Below the pieces are notes generated by a model. The model was not told the origin of the DNA and ran no database searches. It saw nothing but the letters and a program-made list of their open reading frames with translations. Positions 8,363 to 16,557 of a stretch of 24,000 bases of DNA are shown one piece after another; position 1 is the stretch's first letter, and every line of letters begins with the position of its first letter. Both the position numbers and the translations under genes were made by a program. This DNA is from Halorubrum tailed virus 25. The stretch lies in the sequence record NC_062759.1; one strand, given 5' to 3'.

Positions 8363-8860
8363 CTACCGGCCGAACTCGTCCCGGAAGTAGTCTTCCGTGT
8401 ACTTCGGCTCGCTCCGTTGGGTGGTGTGGCTCCGGATTTCGTCTACGTACCTCATTAGTTCGAGGAAGCCGTCTTCCGTACTCCCGAGACCTTCTTCCAG
8501 TCCGGGTATCAGGTCTTCTAACGCGACCTCGACCGCCTCGGCCCGAACCAGAATGTACGGCCGAATCAGGCGGAGGAAGTCCCGAACGTCGTCCCGCTTC
8601 GATAACTCCAGCCGGAAGTTTTCCTCTCGCTCCCGGACCCTTGGCTCGATGCCGTGGTTCATACAGAACTCGTCTAGAAACCCCATGACGGCAGGCCGAG
8701 TGTTCTCGATGTGTATTTGTAAGTGAATGACGTGACCGAACCGAGCGCCGTCGTCTTTCGTGACCCGGACTCGGAAGTTGGAACCGAAGTCCAAAACGCC
8801 AGCCACATACGGATATTTCCACGGCTCGTCGGTTCGCTCTATCTCTTCGGGGCCTGTCAT
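8363..8860 (-). CDS. divergent LAGLIDADG-like (homing endonuclease family) protein
   Basis: YVAGVLDFGSNFRVRVTKDD...IHIENTRPAVMGFLDEFCMNHGI...LSKRDDVRDFLRLIRPYILVRAEAVEVALEDLIPGLEEG. Start at 8860 supported by Shine-Dalgarno-like GGGAGG 2 nt upstream (GGGAGGTAATG). Confidence 0.5.
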   Translation of the reverse strand: MTGPEEIERTDEPWKYPYVAGVLDFGSNFRVRVTKDDGARFGHVIHLQIHIENTRPAVMGFLDEFCMNHGIEPRVREREENFRLELSKRDDVRDFLRLIRPYILVRAEAVEVALEDLIPGLEEGLGSTEDGFLELMRYVDEIRSHTTQRSEPKYTEDYFRDEFGR

Positions 8861-8902
8861 TACCTCCCTGTACGACACCCATACAGTTAAGTGGTCCGGT
8901 GA

Positions 8903-8919
8903 GAATAAGTGGGTGGAGA
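8903..8919 (+). promoter_or_regulatory. GAATAAGTGGGTGGAGA promoter/leader block (plus strand)
   Basis: Exact 17-nt match to the blocks at 3224-3240 and 8302-8318, opposite orientation, upstream of the plus-strand genes. Confidence 0.5.
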
Positions 8920-9125
8920 AGGTTGCGGAGCCGGGTTCGGTACTCCCGGTTAGGATTACCCCGGTTAGGTATTGCTGTCTTATTTAGTAGGCTGGGTTCC
9001 TGCTGGTTTCGGATTACCCTAATTAAGATACTCCGAGAAGGGATTCCCAATCCAACCAACCCTAACCCCCTATAGTCCCCCTTTCCCTTCCTTCCTTTCC
9101 CAACTTGAATCTGTTGTGACCAACC

Positions 9126-9632
9126 ATGTACGACGAAAATCGGCCAGAACCATCTACGGAACCTGATACGGAGAACGCGACTCGATTCTACGGCGCGGAT
9201 TCTGCTGGTGGTTACCGACTCGACGGAACAGAAACGATTGAAGAACACTACCGCCGCCTTGCGAACCTCAACATGGGTATCTGGACCGGAACGTGGGCCG
9301 ACAACGACGCCCTCCGCCGGGCCGATAACCTCGCGGTGTTCGACGCTATCGCGGGGTTCCTTGAACTGTCTCCCTACCAGAAGACCGTTGCTCGGGAGAC
9401 GTTCGGTGACCTGAATCTGCGAGAACTGTCGAGCCCCGGTGGAATTGACGCAACACTCGTTGCCGTCATGGTCGCCGCCGCCGTCTGCCGGGACGACGGG
9501 CGGCTCTACCACCCGAACCGCGACGACCGAGTGAACGACCCGCTGTTTGTCTCTCTCATTGACGACCTTGGCTACCGCGACTCTGTTGTTCACAGTTGCT
9601 ATGCGAAGGTTCTCGAACGGGTGAATTTGTAA
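9126..9632 (+). CDS. TFB/cyclin-fold-like protein
   Basis: AVFDAIAGFLELSPYQKTVARETFGDLNLRELSSPGGIDATLVAVMVAAAVCRDDGRLYHP resembles a TFIIB-type cyclin repeat; sequence-level impression only. Confidence 0.45.
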   Translation: MYDENRPEPSTEPDTENATRFYGADSAGGYRLDGTETIEEHYRRLANLNMGIWTGTWADNDALRRADNLAVFDAIAGFLELSPYQKTVARETFGDLNLRELSSPGGIDATLVAVMVAAAVCRDDGRLYHPNRDDRVNDPLFVSLIDDLGYRDSVVHSCYAKVLERVNL

Positions 9633-9633
9633 C

Positions 9634-10104
9634 ATGATTATTCTGATTGACGATAGAGAACGAAAGCCTTGGAAGTTCCCCGGCGTTGAAACCGAGGAGG
9701 CCCGCTTGGAGACGGGCGACTATTCGGTGAAGGGTTTCGAAGACCGCTTCGCCGTCGAGCGCAAATCGCTAAACGACCTCGCTACCTCCGTTGGTAGTGA
9801 GCGGAACCGCTTCGAGGCCGAGATTCAGCGAGCGCAAGACTTTGACGAGTTCGCTGTCGTTGTTGAAGCCTCCCGAGAAGACGCCGCCGCAGGTAGATAC
9901 TATTCTCAGATACACCCGAACGCAGTTACGGGCACCGTTGAGAAATGGCCGTTCAAGTACGGCATACTGGAGTTTGTCTGGGCTGGTGAGAACGAAGACG
10001 GCGAGAAGGTGCGCGACCTTCCTGCCGCTCGGGACCACGCCCCACAAGAAGCACTCCGATTACTTGACCGCTGGTATTTAAAAGCCGCGAGCGACCTTTT
10101 CTAA
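9634..10104 (+). CDS. ERCC4/XPF-type nuclease domain protein
   Basis: IDDRERKPW...ETGDYSVKGFEDRFAVERKSLNDLATSV...ERNRFEAEIQRAQ matches the ERCC4 GDY/ERKxxxDL pattern. Confidence 0.8.
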   Translation: MIILIDDRERKPWKFPGVETEEARLETGDYSVKGFEDRFAVERKSLNDLATSVGSERNRFEAEIQRAQDFDEFAVVVEASREDAAAGRYYSQIHPNAVTGTVEKWPFKYGILEFVWAGENEDGEKVRDLPAARDHAPQEALRLLDRWYLKAASDLF

Positions 10105-10289
10105 AAAGAGTGGTTCGGGTCTGTCGTTAGACCCTGCCGCTCTTTCGCACAACTCCGGCACGCGTACTTCGTGTTTAGGCTCGCCGGAGCCACCGTACCA
10201 TTAAATGCCCGCCATTCTCCGGTCTCGGGGTCGCGTTTTACGGGCGTCCCGTTCAACCGAGGGCCGCCGCAGAAGCCACATTCAGTCAT
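10101..10289 (-). CDS. small zinc-finger protein
   Basis: MTECGFCGG...YACRSCAKER (two CxxC). Confidence 0.6.
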   Translation of the reverse strand: MTECGFCGGPRLNGTPVKRDPETGEWRAFNGTVAPASLNTKYACRSCAKERQGLTTDPNHSF

Positions 10290-10551
10290 GCTCTCCGATG
10301 TATAGACGCTCTTCTGTCGCCTCTACCTCTATCCACTCGTCGTCGCCTTCCGGCCGAATAGCGAACGAGTGTTCTACGTAGTCGAACTTGTTACCGAACA
10401 GTCGAACGCGAGAAAGCTCGGTCTCGTAAGTGGTCGTGTCTCCCATGTAGGAGCCGACCACCCGAACTTTCGTGTCACTTTGTTTTAGTATTTCGACCGC
10501 TTCGAACGTTGCTGTTCCAGTTATTGTTCCAATTGTCTCGTCGGTCATAAG
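10282..10551 (-). CDS. hypothetical protein
   Basis: 89-aa frame from MTDETIGTIT. Confidence 0.6.
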   Translation of the reverse strand, partial: LMTDETIGTITGTATFEAVEILKQSDTKVRVVGSYMGDTTTYETELSRVRLFGNKFDYVEHSFAIRPEGDDEWIEVEATEERLYIGEHD

Positions 10552-10580
10552 AGGGTGTAACGTCGCCGCTGTTTTAATTC

Positions 10581-10742
10581 CTATACGTTGTCGAACGCTT
10601 CGTGGCTCGGTGGTAGCGCGTCTATCGGTACTTCGTGACCACAACACCCACATATCCAAGCCTTGTAAGTCCCGTAGTGGCTCTCCGTGGTTGTGAGGTA
10701 TCCATCTCCTGTATGCCTACAGGGGTAGTTGGATTCGGGCAT
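10581..10742 (-). CDS. zinc-finger miniprotein (MPESNYPCRHTGDGY...CGCCGHEVP)
   Basis: 53-aa frame; start directly preceded by GACCCAACC. Confidence 0.55.
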   Translation of the reverse strand: MPESNYPCRHTGDGYLTTTESHYGTYKAWICGCCGHEVPIDALPPSHEAFDNV

Positions 10743-10753
10743 GGTTGGGTCGG

Positions 10754-10788
10754 CCTTCAATTTCATTTATATTTCAAACTGGAGAAGG
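10754..10788 (-). promoter_or_regulatory. copy 3 of covarying-arm intergenic element
   Basis: CCTTC-aatttcatttatatttcaaactgga-GAAGG. Confidence 0.6.
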
Positions 10789-10801
10789 CTTAACTGTTCC
10801 T

Positions 10802-12031
10802 CTACCGCGTGTTCTCGGCGCTCACCATCCGCTTGCCGTATCCAATGTCTTCTACGGTGACCCGGTACGGGCCGACCACCGAGGTCGCGGTTTTCCCGTC
10901 GATGGACACGTTGTTCGACCCCCGAACGACGACCGGCTCGCCGTTTTCTCTAAGAACAGCGAGAACGTCGCCGCCCTCCGTAGCGAACGCGTCGTGTTCC
11001 TCTTCCGGGGCCCAGCCTTTCACCTGCTCGGCTTCGGCCAGCGTCCCGAGGTCGGCTCGGCCCATGTCTTCCATGTCCGGAGCGCCCATTTGTGGGTACG
11101 CCTCTTCTAAGTCGATTGGCTCGGCGTCGTCGGTCGCTATCTCCATAAGCTGTTCAGCCGGGGGGAGTAGTTCCTGCTCGTCGTCAACCGGGTTGCCCTC
11201 GGCGTCGAACCCTTCTTGCTCGGCGAAGGGAACGGGCTCGCCCACGTCCACCACGTCGAGCGCGCCGGTCGCCTCGTAGTCCTGAATGTACTTCGGAACG
11301 TTGCCGTCAGCGTCCTCGGTGTAGACGACGCGAGTGAGGTACGTGTAACCGAAGACACCCGGAACGTAGTCGGTCTTCTCAACTTCGACCATCTCCGTCT
11401 CCGTGTAAGAGACCGTCTTGGTGTCGCCGTTCGGAAGCTCCACTTCCTCGGTCTTCTCCACCTCCTGCTCTTCCATCTCGGTCGTCGTCACCTCAACGGC
11501 CCGCGGGTGAATCAGGAACAAGCGGGTGCGGCCGGGGTTCACGACCGGTGGCTCGTTCCCGCTGGTCACGGAGATTGCCTTGTTCACGCCGTGGACCTTC
11601 GCCTCGGCTGTAAACTCTTCCGCGGTGTCGTAGTGGGTCTTTCCGACGCTCATCAGCAGGTCGTGGCTGTGGAACGACGCCATTTCCCCGGCGGTCGTCC
11701 CGGTCGGGCGGTCTCCCATCAGCCGGTCGAGGTGGTTCTGGACTTCGTGTGGCGGGTTCGTCCGGGTCAGCCCGGCCTCGCCGGTCACAGACATTTCGAA
11801 CTGGATGCCGGGGAACTGCTTGTAAGACCGCTTCCGGTCTTCCTTGAACGGGATAGGTTCTTCGAACTCGACAAAGGCAGGAAGGTTGCCGTCCGTCCCC
11901 ACGTCGGCTCGGAGGTACGCCTTGCCCTGCTTCAAGAAGCCGCACCCACGCTCGGGGTTCGGAAGGGCCTCGGTGTCGTCGCTGTTCTGGTTAGTGGCGG
12001 TGCTGTCGCTCTGGGTCGTCTCGATTGACAT
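10802..12031 (-). CDS. hypothetical acidic protein, 409 aa
   Basis: Long ORF with haloarchaeal composition; leader ACCAAACCCAACCAGAGATAATG. Confidence 0.75.
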   Translation of the reverse strand: MSIETTQSDSTATNQNSDDTEALPNPERGCGFLKQGKAYLRADVGTDGNLPAFVEFEEPIPFKEDRKRSYKQFPGIQFEMSVTGEAGLTRTNPPHEVQNHLDRLMGDRPTGTTAGEMASFHSHDLLMSVGKTHYDTAEEFTAEAKVHGVNKAISVTSGNEPPVVNPGRTRLFLIHPRAVEVTTTEMEEQEVEKTEEVELPNGDTKTVSYTETEMVEVEKTDYVPGVFGYTYLTRVVYTEDADGNVPKYIQDYEATGALDVVDVGEPVPFAEQEGFDAEGNPVDDEQELLPPAEQLMEIATDDAEPIDLEEAYPQMGAPDMEDMGRADLGTLAEAEQVKGWAPEEEHDAFATEGGDVLAVLRENGEPVVVRGSNNVSIDGKTATSVVGPYRVTVEDIGYGKRMVSAENTR

Positions 12032-12073
12032 TATCTCTGGTTGGGTTTGGTTGGTTTCAGCGCGGTACTACGT

Positions 12074-12110
12074 GCTACCTGATTTCATGTATGTTTCAGA
12101 CTATGGTAGC
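12074..12110 (-). promoter_or_regulatory. copy 4 of covarying-arm intergenic element
   Basis: GCTACC-tgatttcatgtatgtttcagactat-GGTAGC; arms completely different from other copies but still complementary. Confidence 0.6.
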
Positions 12111-12117
12111 GGCTACG

Positions 12118-12285
12118 TCACCACGGCTCCAACGTCGGGTCGCGGGTCGCTTGGTGGCGTAGCTGGGCTTCCCGGTCAGCTTCCATTTCGCAATATGGAC
12201 ACCGGGTGTAGCCGGTCGGGAGGGCGTCGAGGTTCACGTCGTGCCGTTCACAGTAGTTCTCCTTCTCGCTGTTTTCGTCGCTCAT
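12118..12285 (-). CDS. zinc-ribbon-like miniprotein
   Basis: MSDENSEKENYCERHDVNLDALPTGYTRCPYCEMEADREAQ; TAATG overlap with the next gene. Confidence 0.55.
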   Translation of the reverse strand: MSDENSEKENYCERHDVNLDALPTGYTRCPYCEMEADREAQLRHQATRDPTLEPW

Positions 12286-12473
12286 TAGTAGGGTTCTGGC
12301 TTGAACTTCCGAGTGATTTTCCACCCGCTGTTGTTTTCAATCAGCGCCTCGGCGTCTCGTATCGCCGTTATCTGTCGCTCGTTAAGTGGCTGATTGTCTT
12401 CGTTCTCGGCGAACATCTTTGCCATGCTATACAACTCCACGAGGTCGTCGGTGTAGACTGATTGTGTTCCCAT
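12285..12473 (-). CDS. hypothetical protein
   Basis: 62-aa ORF ending in a TAATG overlap. Confidence 0.55.
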   Translation of the reverse strand: MGTQSVYTDDLVELYSMAKMFAENEDNQPLNERQITAIRDAEALIENNSGWKITRKFKPEPY

Positions 12474-12787
12474 TATCGTAGGTGCCTCCCACCCCTCTCC
12501 TCAAGGTGCCGCTCATAGGCCCGCTCGGCCTTCGCAAGCGCCTCTCCTTCGGCCTCGGCCATCTTCCGCTCGGCCCGCTCTTCCATCGTCTCGGTGTGGT
12601 CCAGCGTCACGTCGTGTCGGTTGAGCCCCGGCCGAAGCTTCAGCCCCTCCGGGTAGTCGGCCAGCCGGAGCTTTCGGAGAATCGCCGCGGCTCGTTCCTT
12701 ATCGGAAGCTACCTTATCGACGGGAAGCGCCACGCGAATCGAGACCTCGGCAAACTGTACTTCTTTGTGTTCGTTTTCGTCTCTCAT
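12473..12787 (-). CDS. hypothetical charged protein
   Basis: 104-aa ORF in packed operon. Confidence 0.6.
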   Translation of the reverse strand: MRDENEHKEVQFAEVSIRVALPVDKVASDKERAAAILRKLRLADYPEGLKLRPGLNRHDVTLDHTETMEERAERKMAEAEGEALAKAERAYERHLEERGGRHLR

Positions 12788-13107
12788 AGTCGGTTGATGA
12801 TTTCAGGAACCGCGTCGAGAGCGTCCTGCTCGCTCTTGTATCGGCCGCGGGATACGGCGTACTCCCCAATCTCGGGGTCGCCCCACTCGTGGACGCTCAA
12901 GACCGGGTAGATAGCAACGTGGTGGTCACCGTCTCCCCGCTTGTCCCAATACACTTCGCCGTGGTAGCCGCCGAGACCGTGCTTTCCGGCCAGCGAGCCA
13001 CCCATCCGGAACGCCGTTCCGAACCAGCGGGTGTAATGAAGCCGACCGCGCTCGCCGGACCACCACTCAAATCCCCGCGGAAGGTCTGGGAAGTCCAGCA
13101 TTACCAC
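12784..13107 (-). CDS. hypothetical protein
   Basis: 107-aa ORF with 4-nt overlap. Confidence 0.6.
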   Translation of the reverse strand: MVMLDFPDLPRGFEWWSGERGRLHYTRWFGTAFRMGGSLAGKHGLGGYHGEVYWDKRGDGDHHVAIYPVLSVHEWGDPEIGEYAVSRGRYKSEQDALDAVPEIINRL

Positions 13108-13449
13108 ACCTCAATTCCGCCGCTTGCGTAGCCTTCGTCTTCCATTTCGAACCGAATGTGAAACTTGCCTTTCGCCTTCCGGGTCCGGACCTCGGGTGGG
13201 TGGTGAAACGAGCCTCGAATATGTTCTGTAATGACGCTCGTTTTGAACGAACCTTCCAGTTCGAACACGCCTTCGCCGTAGTAATCGAGGAAGTCCACGT
13301 TGCCAACACGAACAGCGTCGTAAACTCCATCCGGGTCAGCCAAATCAGCTTCCGGGAAGAACGTCTCCCAGTCCCCGATAAGGTGAGCTTGATTGATGAT
13401 GTACTCGGCCAATACTTCGTCTTCGATTTCGCTGGTTGTATCTAACATG
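13101..13449 (-). CDS. hypothetical protein
   Basis: Start MLDTTSEIEDE at 13449 supported by leader AAACCAAACCATG. Confidence 0.6.
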
Positions 13450-13503
13450 GTTTGGTTTACCCCTAACAAAAATTTTCGCAGAATTTCGGGCGCGTAAGGG
13501 CCC

Positions 13504-13821
13504 TTACTCGTATTCTCCGGGTGGTGGGCACCCGTATCGGTTCTCCCGCATGAACTGTTTTGCGGCGGCGACGGCCAACATCCGGCCGCCCTTCCCGCCG
13601 CCGCAGTTCCCCCGGATTAGGTAGGAATCACCGGGGTAGACGGACGTAAACAGCGCGGTCCAATGCCCGCGGTCGTTCAGGTGGGCGACGACTCGGTACG
13701 GGCTTGTTTTGTAGCCCCACTTCACGAAGTCGTCGTAGTTACTCAACTCCCGCCACGCTTCGGAGGTGGTCGGGATAGTTGCGGTACTCGGCGTCGGCGT
13801 CTCGGTGTCTGATTTCATCAA
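13504..13821 (-). CDS. hypothetical protein
   Basis: 105-aa ORF; frame choice moderately supported. Confidence 0.5.
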   Translation of the reverse strand: MMKSDTETPTPSTATIPTTSEAWRELSNYDDFVKWGYKTSPYRVVAHLNDRGHWTALFTSVYPGDSYLIRGNCGGGKGGRMLAVAAAKQFMRENRYGCPPPGEYE

Positions 13822-13960
13822 GGCATGAATCGCACATTCTGTTGTCTGTATCCGGGTGACCGGGCGGGTAGTTCCGGCAGTCAGACCAGTTTAAGCAGGC
13901 CCCTTCTGGGGGCTCATCTCCGGATTCACGGACAAACAACGTAGTTTGTTCAAATCCCAT
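13739..13960 (-). CDS. small Cys-containing protein (MGFEQTTLFVRESGDEPPEGACLNWSDC...MCDSCLDEI)
   Basis: Internal start in the longer track ORF; CxxxxxC...CxxC; overlaps 13504..13821, so one of the two may be wrong. Confidence 0.45.
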   Translation of the reverse strand: MGFEQTTLFVRESGDEPPEGACLNWSDCRNYPPGHPDTDNRMCDSCLDEIRHRDADAEYRNYPDHLRSVAGVE

Positions 13961-13968
13961 GTCGATTC

Positions 13969-14370
13969 TCACATTAACGCGGCTCGCTCGGCCACCATTC
14001 GGCGGCTGTAGTCGAGCGGCTTCCCGTCCCGAACGCCGCTCTGGATAATCTCGTCTTGGCCGAAGCACTCCAACAGAAGCGCCTTGTTGTTCAGGTCGGC
14101 TCGGGTCCACGCGTGGAACAGGTCGCCGTCCCACATGGCTCCGAAGAAGTGGCCCCCGACGTGCTGGAAGTCGGCCGGGTCGGTCTCGTCCAGCTTCCCC
14201 CAAAAGACGTACTTCTTAATCTCTTGCTCAAGAGAATGGCGCGGAACGTCAGCCGCCCCCTTCGGGAACGTCAGCAGGTCAATGAACAGGTCGGACGCTC
14301 CGGCCTTGCTCATGTATCGGATGTGTTCGTTGGTTAGTACCACGTCGCTAACGGATTCGTATTCGTTCAT
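13969..14370 (-). CDS. hypothetical protein
   Basis: Start MNEYESVSD at 14370 preceded by CTACCCAACCAACT. Confidence 0.65.
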   Translation of the reverse strand: MNEYESVSDVVLTNEHIRYMSKAGASDLFIDLLTFPKGAADVPRHSLEQEIKKYVFWGKLDETDPADFQHVGGHFFGAMWDGDLFHAWTRADLNNKALLLECFGQDEIIQSGVRDGKPLDYSRRMVAERAALM

Positions 14371-14393
14371 AGTTGGTTGGGTAGGTCGTCTCA

Positions 14394-14437
14394 CTTCCCG
14401 CCGCTCTCGGTTTCATGTATATTTCAAACTCGGGAAG
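14394..14437 (-). promoter_or_regulatory. copy 5 of covarying-arm intergenic element
   Basis: CTTCCCG...ggtttcatgtatatttcaaact...CGGGAAG. Confidence 0.65.
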
Positions 14438-14441
14438 GTAG

Positions 14442-14744
14442 CTAATACAGCCAGTACACAATAGAATTAGCCGAATCCGGCGGTTCCCAAATTGTCGTTC
14501 CGACTGCTCGATTAGGAATGTCTACCGGCTTCGGGTTCGCAAAATCTTGCCGGTCAGCATAAATTGTGTACTCGTTCGTTATCTTTGGCTGTTCATTATC
14601 GGGCTCAAGCCACGATACCTGAACCGTGTTTCCAAAAGGAGACAGGTCAGATACCGTAATCGCCGCCGCGTGTCCGGGAATTGAGACCGCCTTTCCGACT
14701 TCAGCCGTTGTTCGCTTTTTCGTGTGTAAGTTCATGTGTGCCAT
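14442..14744 (-). CDS. hypothetical protein
   Basis: 100-aa ORF. Confidence 0.55.
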   Translation of the reverse strand: MAHMNLHTKKRTTAEVGKAVSIPGHAAAITVSDLSPFGNTVQVSWLEPDNEQPKITNEYTIYADRQDFANPKPVDIPNRAVGTTIWEPPDSANSIVYWLY

Positions 14745-14907
14745 CGTGTGCTATGTCGCTGTTCACTATCATGGTGACCCGGTTATGAGCCGGGTCGATG
14801 TCCATATCTGAAATAATCATACCGTCGAGTATGATTTTTCCGTGCTTTTCGTCTACAATTCGGAGCGTATCAAGCCCCTTCCACGGCGTGCCGGGCTCTA
14901 ACGGCAT
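14701..14907 (-). CDS. hypothetical protein
   Basis: MPLEPGTPWKGLDTLRIVDEKHGKIILDGMIIS... from ATG 14907. Confidence 0.55.
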   Translation of the reverse strand: MPLEPGTPWKGLDTLRIVDEKHGKIILDGMIISDMDIDPAHNRVTMIVNSDIAHDGTHELTHEKANNG

Positions 14908-15227
14908 TACTGGTTTAACCAGTATTCTGCCGCCGATTCGGCCGCGTGAATACTCATGTGCTGGTGCTGTTCTTGAATGTCCTTCGCCACGTCCCAAGCG
15001 GGCTGGTTGAGGTCTTGTGGCTTGTGGGTGATTTTCGGAATGATTGTTTCCTCTATCTCGTTGAGTCGCTGGTGGTTCTCGTATGCCGAGCCGACGTTCG
15101 AAAACCACGAGTTTAGCTCAACCGTGGCTTCCAGAACCGACAAAAGGCTTCGGTAGTCGCCCATCGTCTGTGCCATTTGTCGTAGTCCGTTCACGGTCGT
15201 TTCGAATCCGGGTGGGTTTTCACTCAT
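14907..15227 (-). CDS. hypothetical protein
   Basis: 106-aa ORF with CTACCCAACCAAACATG leader. Confidence 0.65.
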   Translation of the reverse strand: MSENPPGFETTVNGLRQMAQTMGDYRSLLSVLEATVELNSWFSNVGSAYENHQRLNEIEETIIPKITHKPQDLNQPAWDVAKDIQEQHQHMSIHAAESAAEYWLNQ

Positions 15228-15250
15228 GTTTGGTTGGGTAGGTCGCCTCG

Positions 15251-15287
15251 CTTCCCGCCGCTTTCATACATTTTCAGACTCGGGAAG
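15251..15287 (-). promoter_or_regulatory. copy 6 of covarying-arm intergenic element
   Basis: CTTCCCG-ccgctttcatacattttcagact-CGGGAAG. Confidence 0.65.
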
Positions 15288-15293
15288 GGTCGT

Positions 15294-16283
15294 TTACTGG
15301 CCGTGTCGCCGCTCGATTAGGTCGTTGATTTCGGCGAGAAGCGCCGCTTCGTTTTCCTCCGCCACAAAGAAGCTCGGGTGGCCGAATGTCGAGAAGTCGA
15401 TAACGTAGGTGAAGTCAAGGTCCGGGTGAGTCTCGTCGCTCTTGGCCCACTCCGAAGCAATCCGCTTGTATTCTCGGTGGAACGTTCGAGTCGAAATGTT
15501 GCTTGGCGCGGCGTCTTTGGCCGTCTTAAGAGCAATTTCGGTCCAGTTGTTATCTTCTAACCATTCGGCGAGAGAGCCCGAAGCAAGCGCCTTTGCGAGC
15601 CCGTCTTCGTGGCCTCCCGGCAGGCCCCACAGGTCGGTCATTTCGTCGCCGAAGTACGCTTCGAAGTCCCACCTAACGAGGTTCCCTTTAACAGAGAAGC
15701 CGCTAATCTCGTCGGTCTCGCCATAATGAACTCGGACGCTTCCAGATTGGTCGGCGTGGGTCGGGAAGTCGTATCCAATATCGTGAGAGCAAGCCGGACA
15801 AAGAATCGGGGCGTGGTCGTCTTCGGGTTCAGCGTTCCAGAAACGACTCTCAACGTCACTTACAAACTCAACGAAGTCGTCGGTAACGTTGCCCCACTCG
15901 TCTACCCACTCAGTTTGAGTGTAGCCTTCGCCGTGGCGGATTTCGAAGCGCCACATATCGGCGTCACAACACGGGCACCGCTCTTTTTCGAGGTCGTGGT
16001 TGTTCACCGCTTCGAAAATGTCGTAACCGGAGTCGAGCAAGCCCCTGTGGGCTCGGCTCGGCAGGCTCTTGTCCCACGACTGAAGCAAAATCGCGTCTTC
16101 AAGGTCGCCGTAAACGTCGGCGTAGTACAGTACATCGGTCGGGCTGATAATGTGGTTCCGGTCGAGCCACATTTTCACTTCGTCGTGGCCGAAATCCTCG
16201 GCTAAGTAGGATAGGGCCACAGAATCCATCATGTTTTCGTAGTCGAATCTTGGGTCGGGCTGGTTGGGTTTGGTTTGGCTCAT
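15294..16283 (-). CDS. hypothetical protein with zinc-ribbon-like cysteines
   Basis: 329-aa ORF; CPCCDAD...CPACSHD. Confidence 0.7.
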   Translation of the reverse strand: MSQTKPNQPDPRFDYENMMDSVALSYLAEDFGHDEVKMWLDRNHIISPTDVLYYADVYGDLEDAILLQSWDKSLPSRAHRGLLDSGYDIFEAVNNHDLEKERCPCCDADMWRFEIRHGEGYTQTEWVDEWGNVTDDFVEFVSDVESRFWNAEPEDDHAPILCPACSHDIGYDFPTHADQSGSVRVHYGETDEISGFSVKGNLVRWDFEAYFGDEMTDLWGLPGGHEDGLAKALASGSLAEWLEDNNWTEIALKTAKDAAPSNISTRTFHREYKRIASEWAKSDETHPDLDFTYVIDFSTFGHPSFFVAEENEAALLAEINDLIERRHGQ

Positions 16284-16289
16284 TTTGAG

Positions 16290-16448
16290 TTACCAGAAGT
16301 GGTAGTTGTAGTTATTGTGCGATTTGGTTGCGACGTTCCGGTTGTGGTCTTCCCATTCGGTTTCGGGAAGCGTACAATTGAGGCAAATTGAATACACCCA
16401 CTTTTCGCCGCAAGCGATACACTCCGGGGGGTTGTCTTTATTCCACAT
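16290..16448 (-). CDS. 52-aa zinc-ribbon miniprotein (MWNKDNPPECIACGEKWVYSICLNCTLPETEWEDHNRNVATKSHNNYNYHFW)
   Basis: Hand-translated, absent from the ORF track; two CxxC pairs. Confidence 0.55.
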   Translation of the reverse strand: MWNKDNPPECIACGEKWVYSICLNCTLPETEWEDHNRNVATKSHNNYNYHFW

Positions 16449-16557
16449 CTTTGATGTAAACCATTTCTCCGCAACCGACGTGTTCCGGAACGCCGGGCTT
16501 GAACCGGGGCCGAATCACGCTCGTCTTGCCACAAGGGCACTTCCATAACGCCCTCAT
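16438..16557 (-). CDS. 39-aa Cys-containing miniprotein (MRALWKCPCGKTSVIRPRFKPGVPEHVGCGEMVYIKDVE)
   Basis: Internal start of the track ORF, overlaps both neighbours by a few nt. Confidence 0.5.
   Translation of the reverse strand: MRALWKCPCGKTSVIRPRFKPGVPEHVGCGEMVYIKDVE

Noticed and set aside
7757-8390. Small plus- and minus-strand ORFs over the tRNA-like cluster
   Set aside because: They run through strong RNA secondary structures and show no recognisable protein features
8337-9635. 432-aa minus-strand ORF listed on the track
   Set aside because: Overlaps the better supported LAGLIDADG-like gene and the promoter/leader region, with an atypical composition; probably a chance open frame
11216-12028. 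270-aa plus-strand ORF
   Set aside because: Antisense shadow of the 10802-12031 gene
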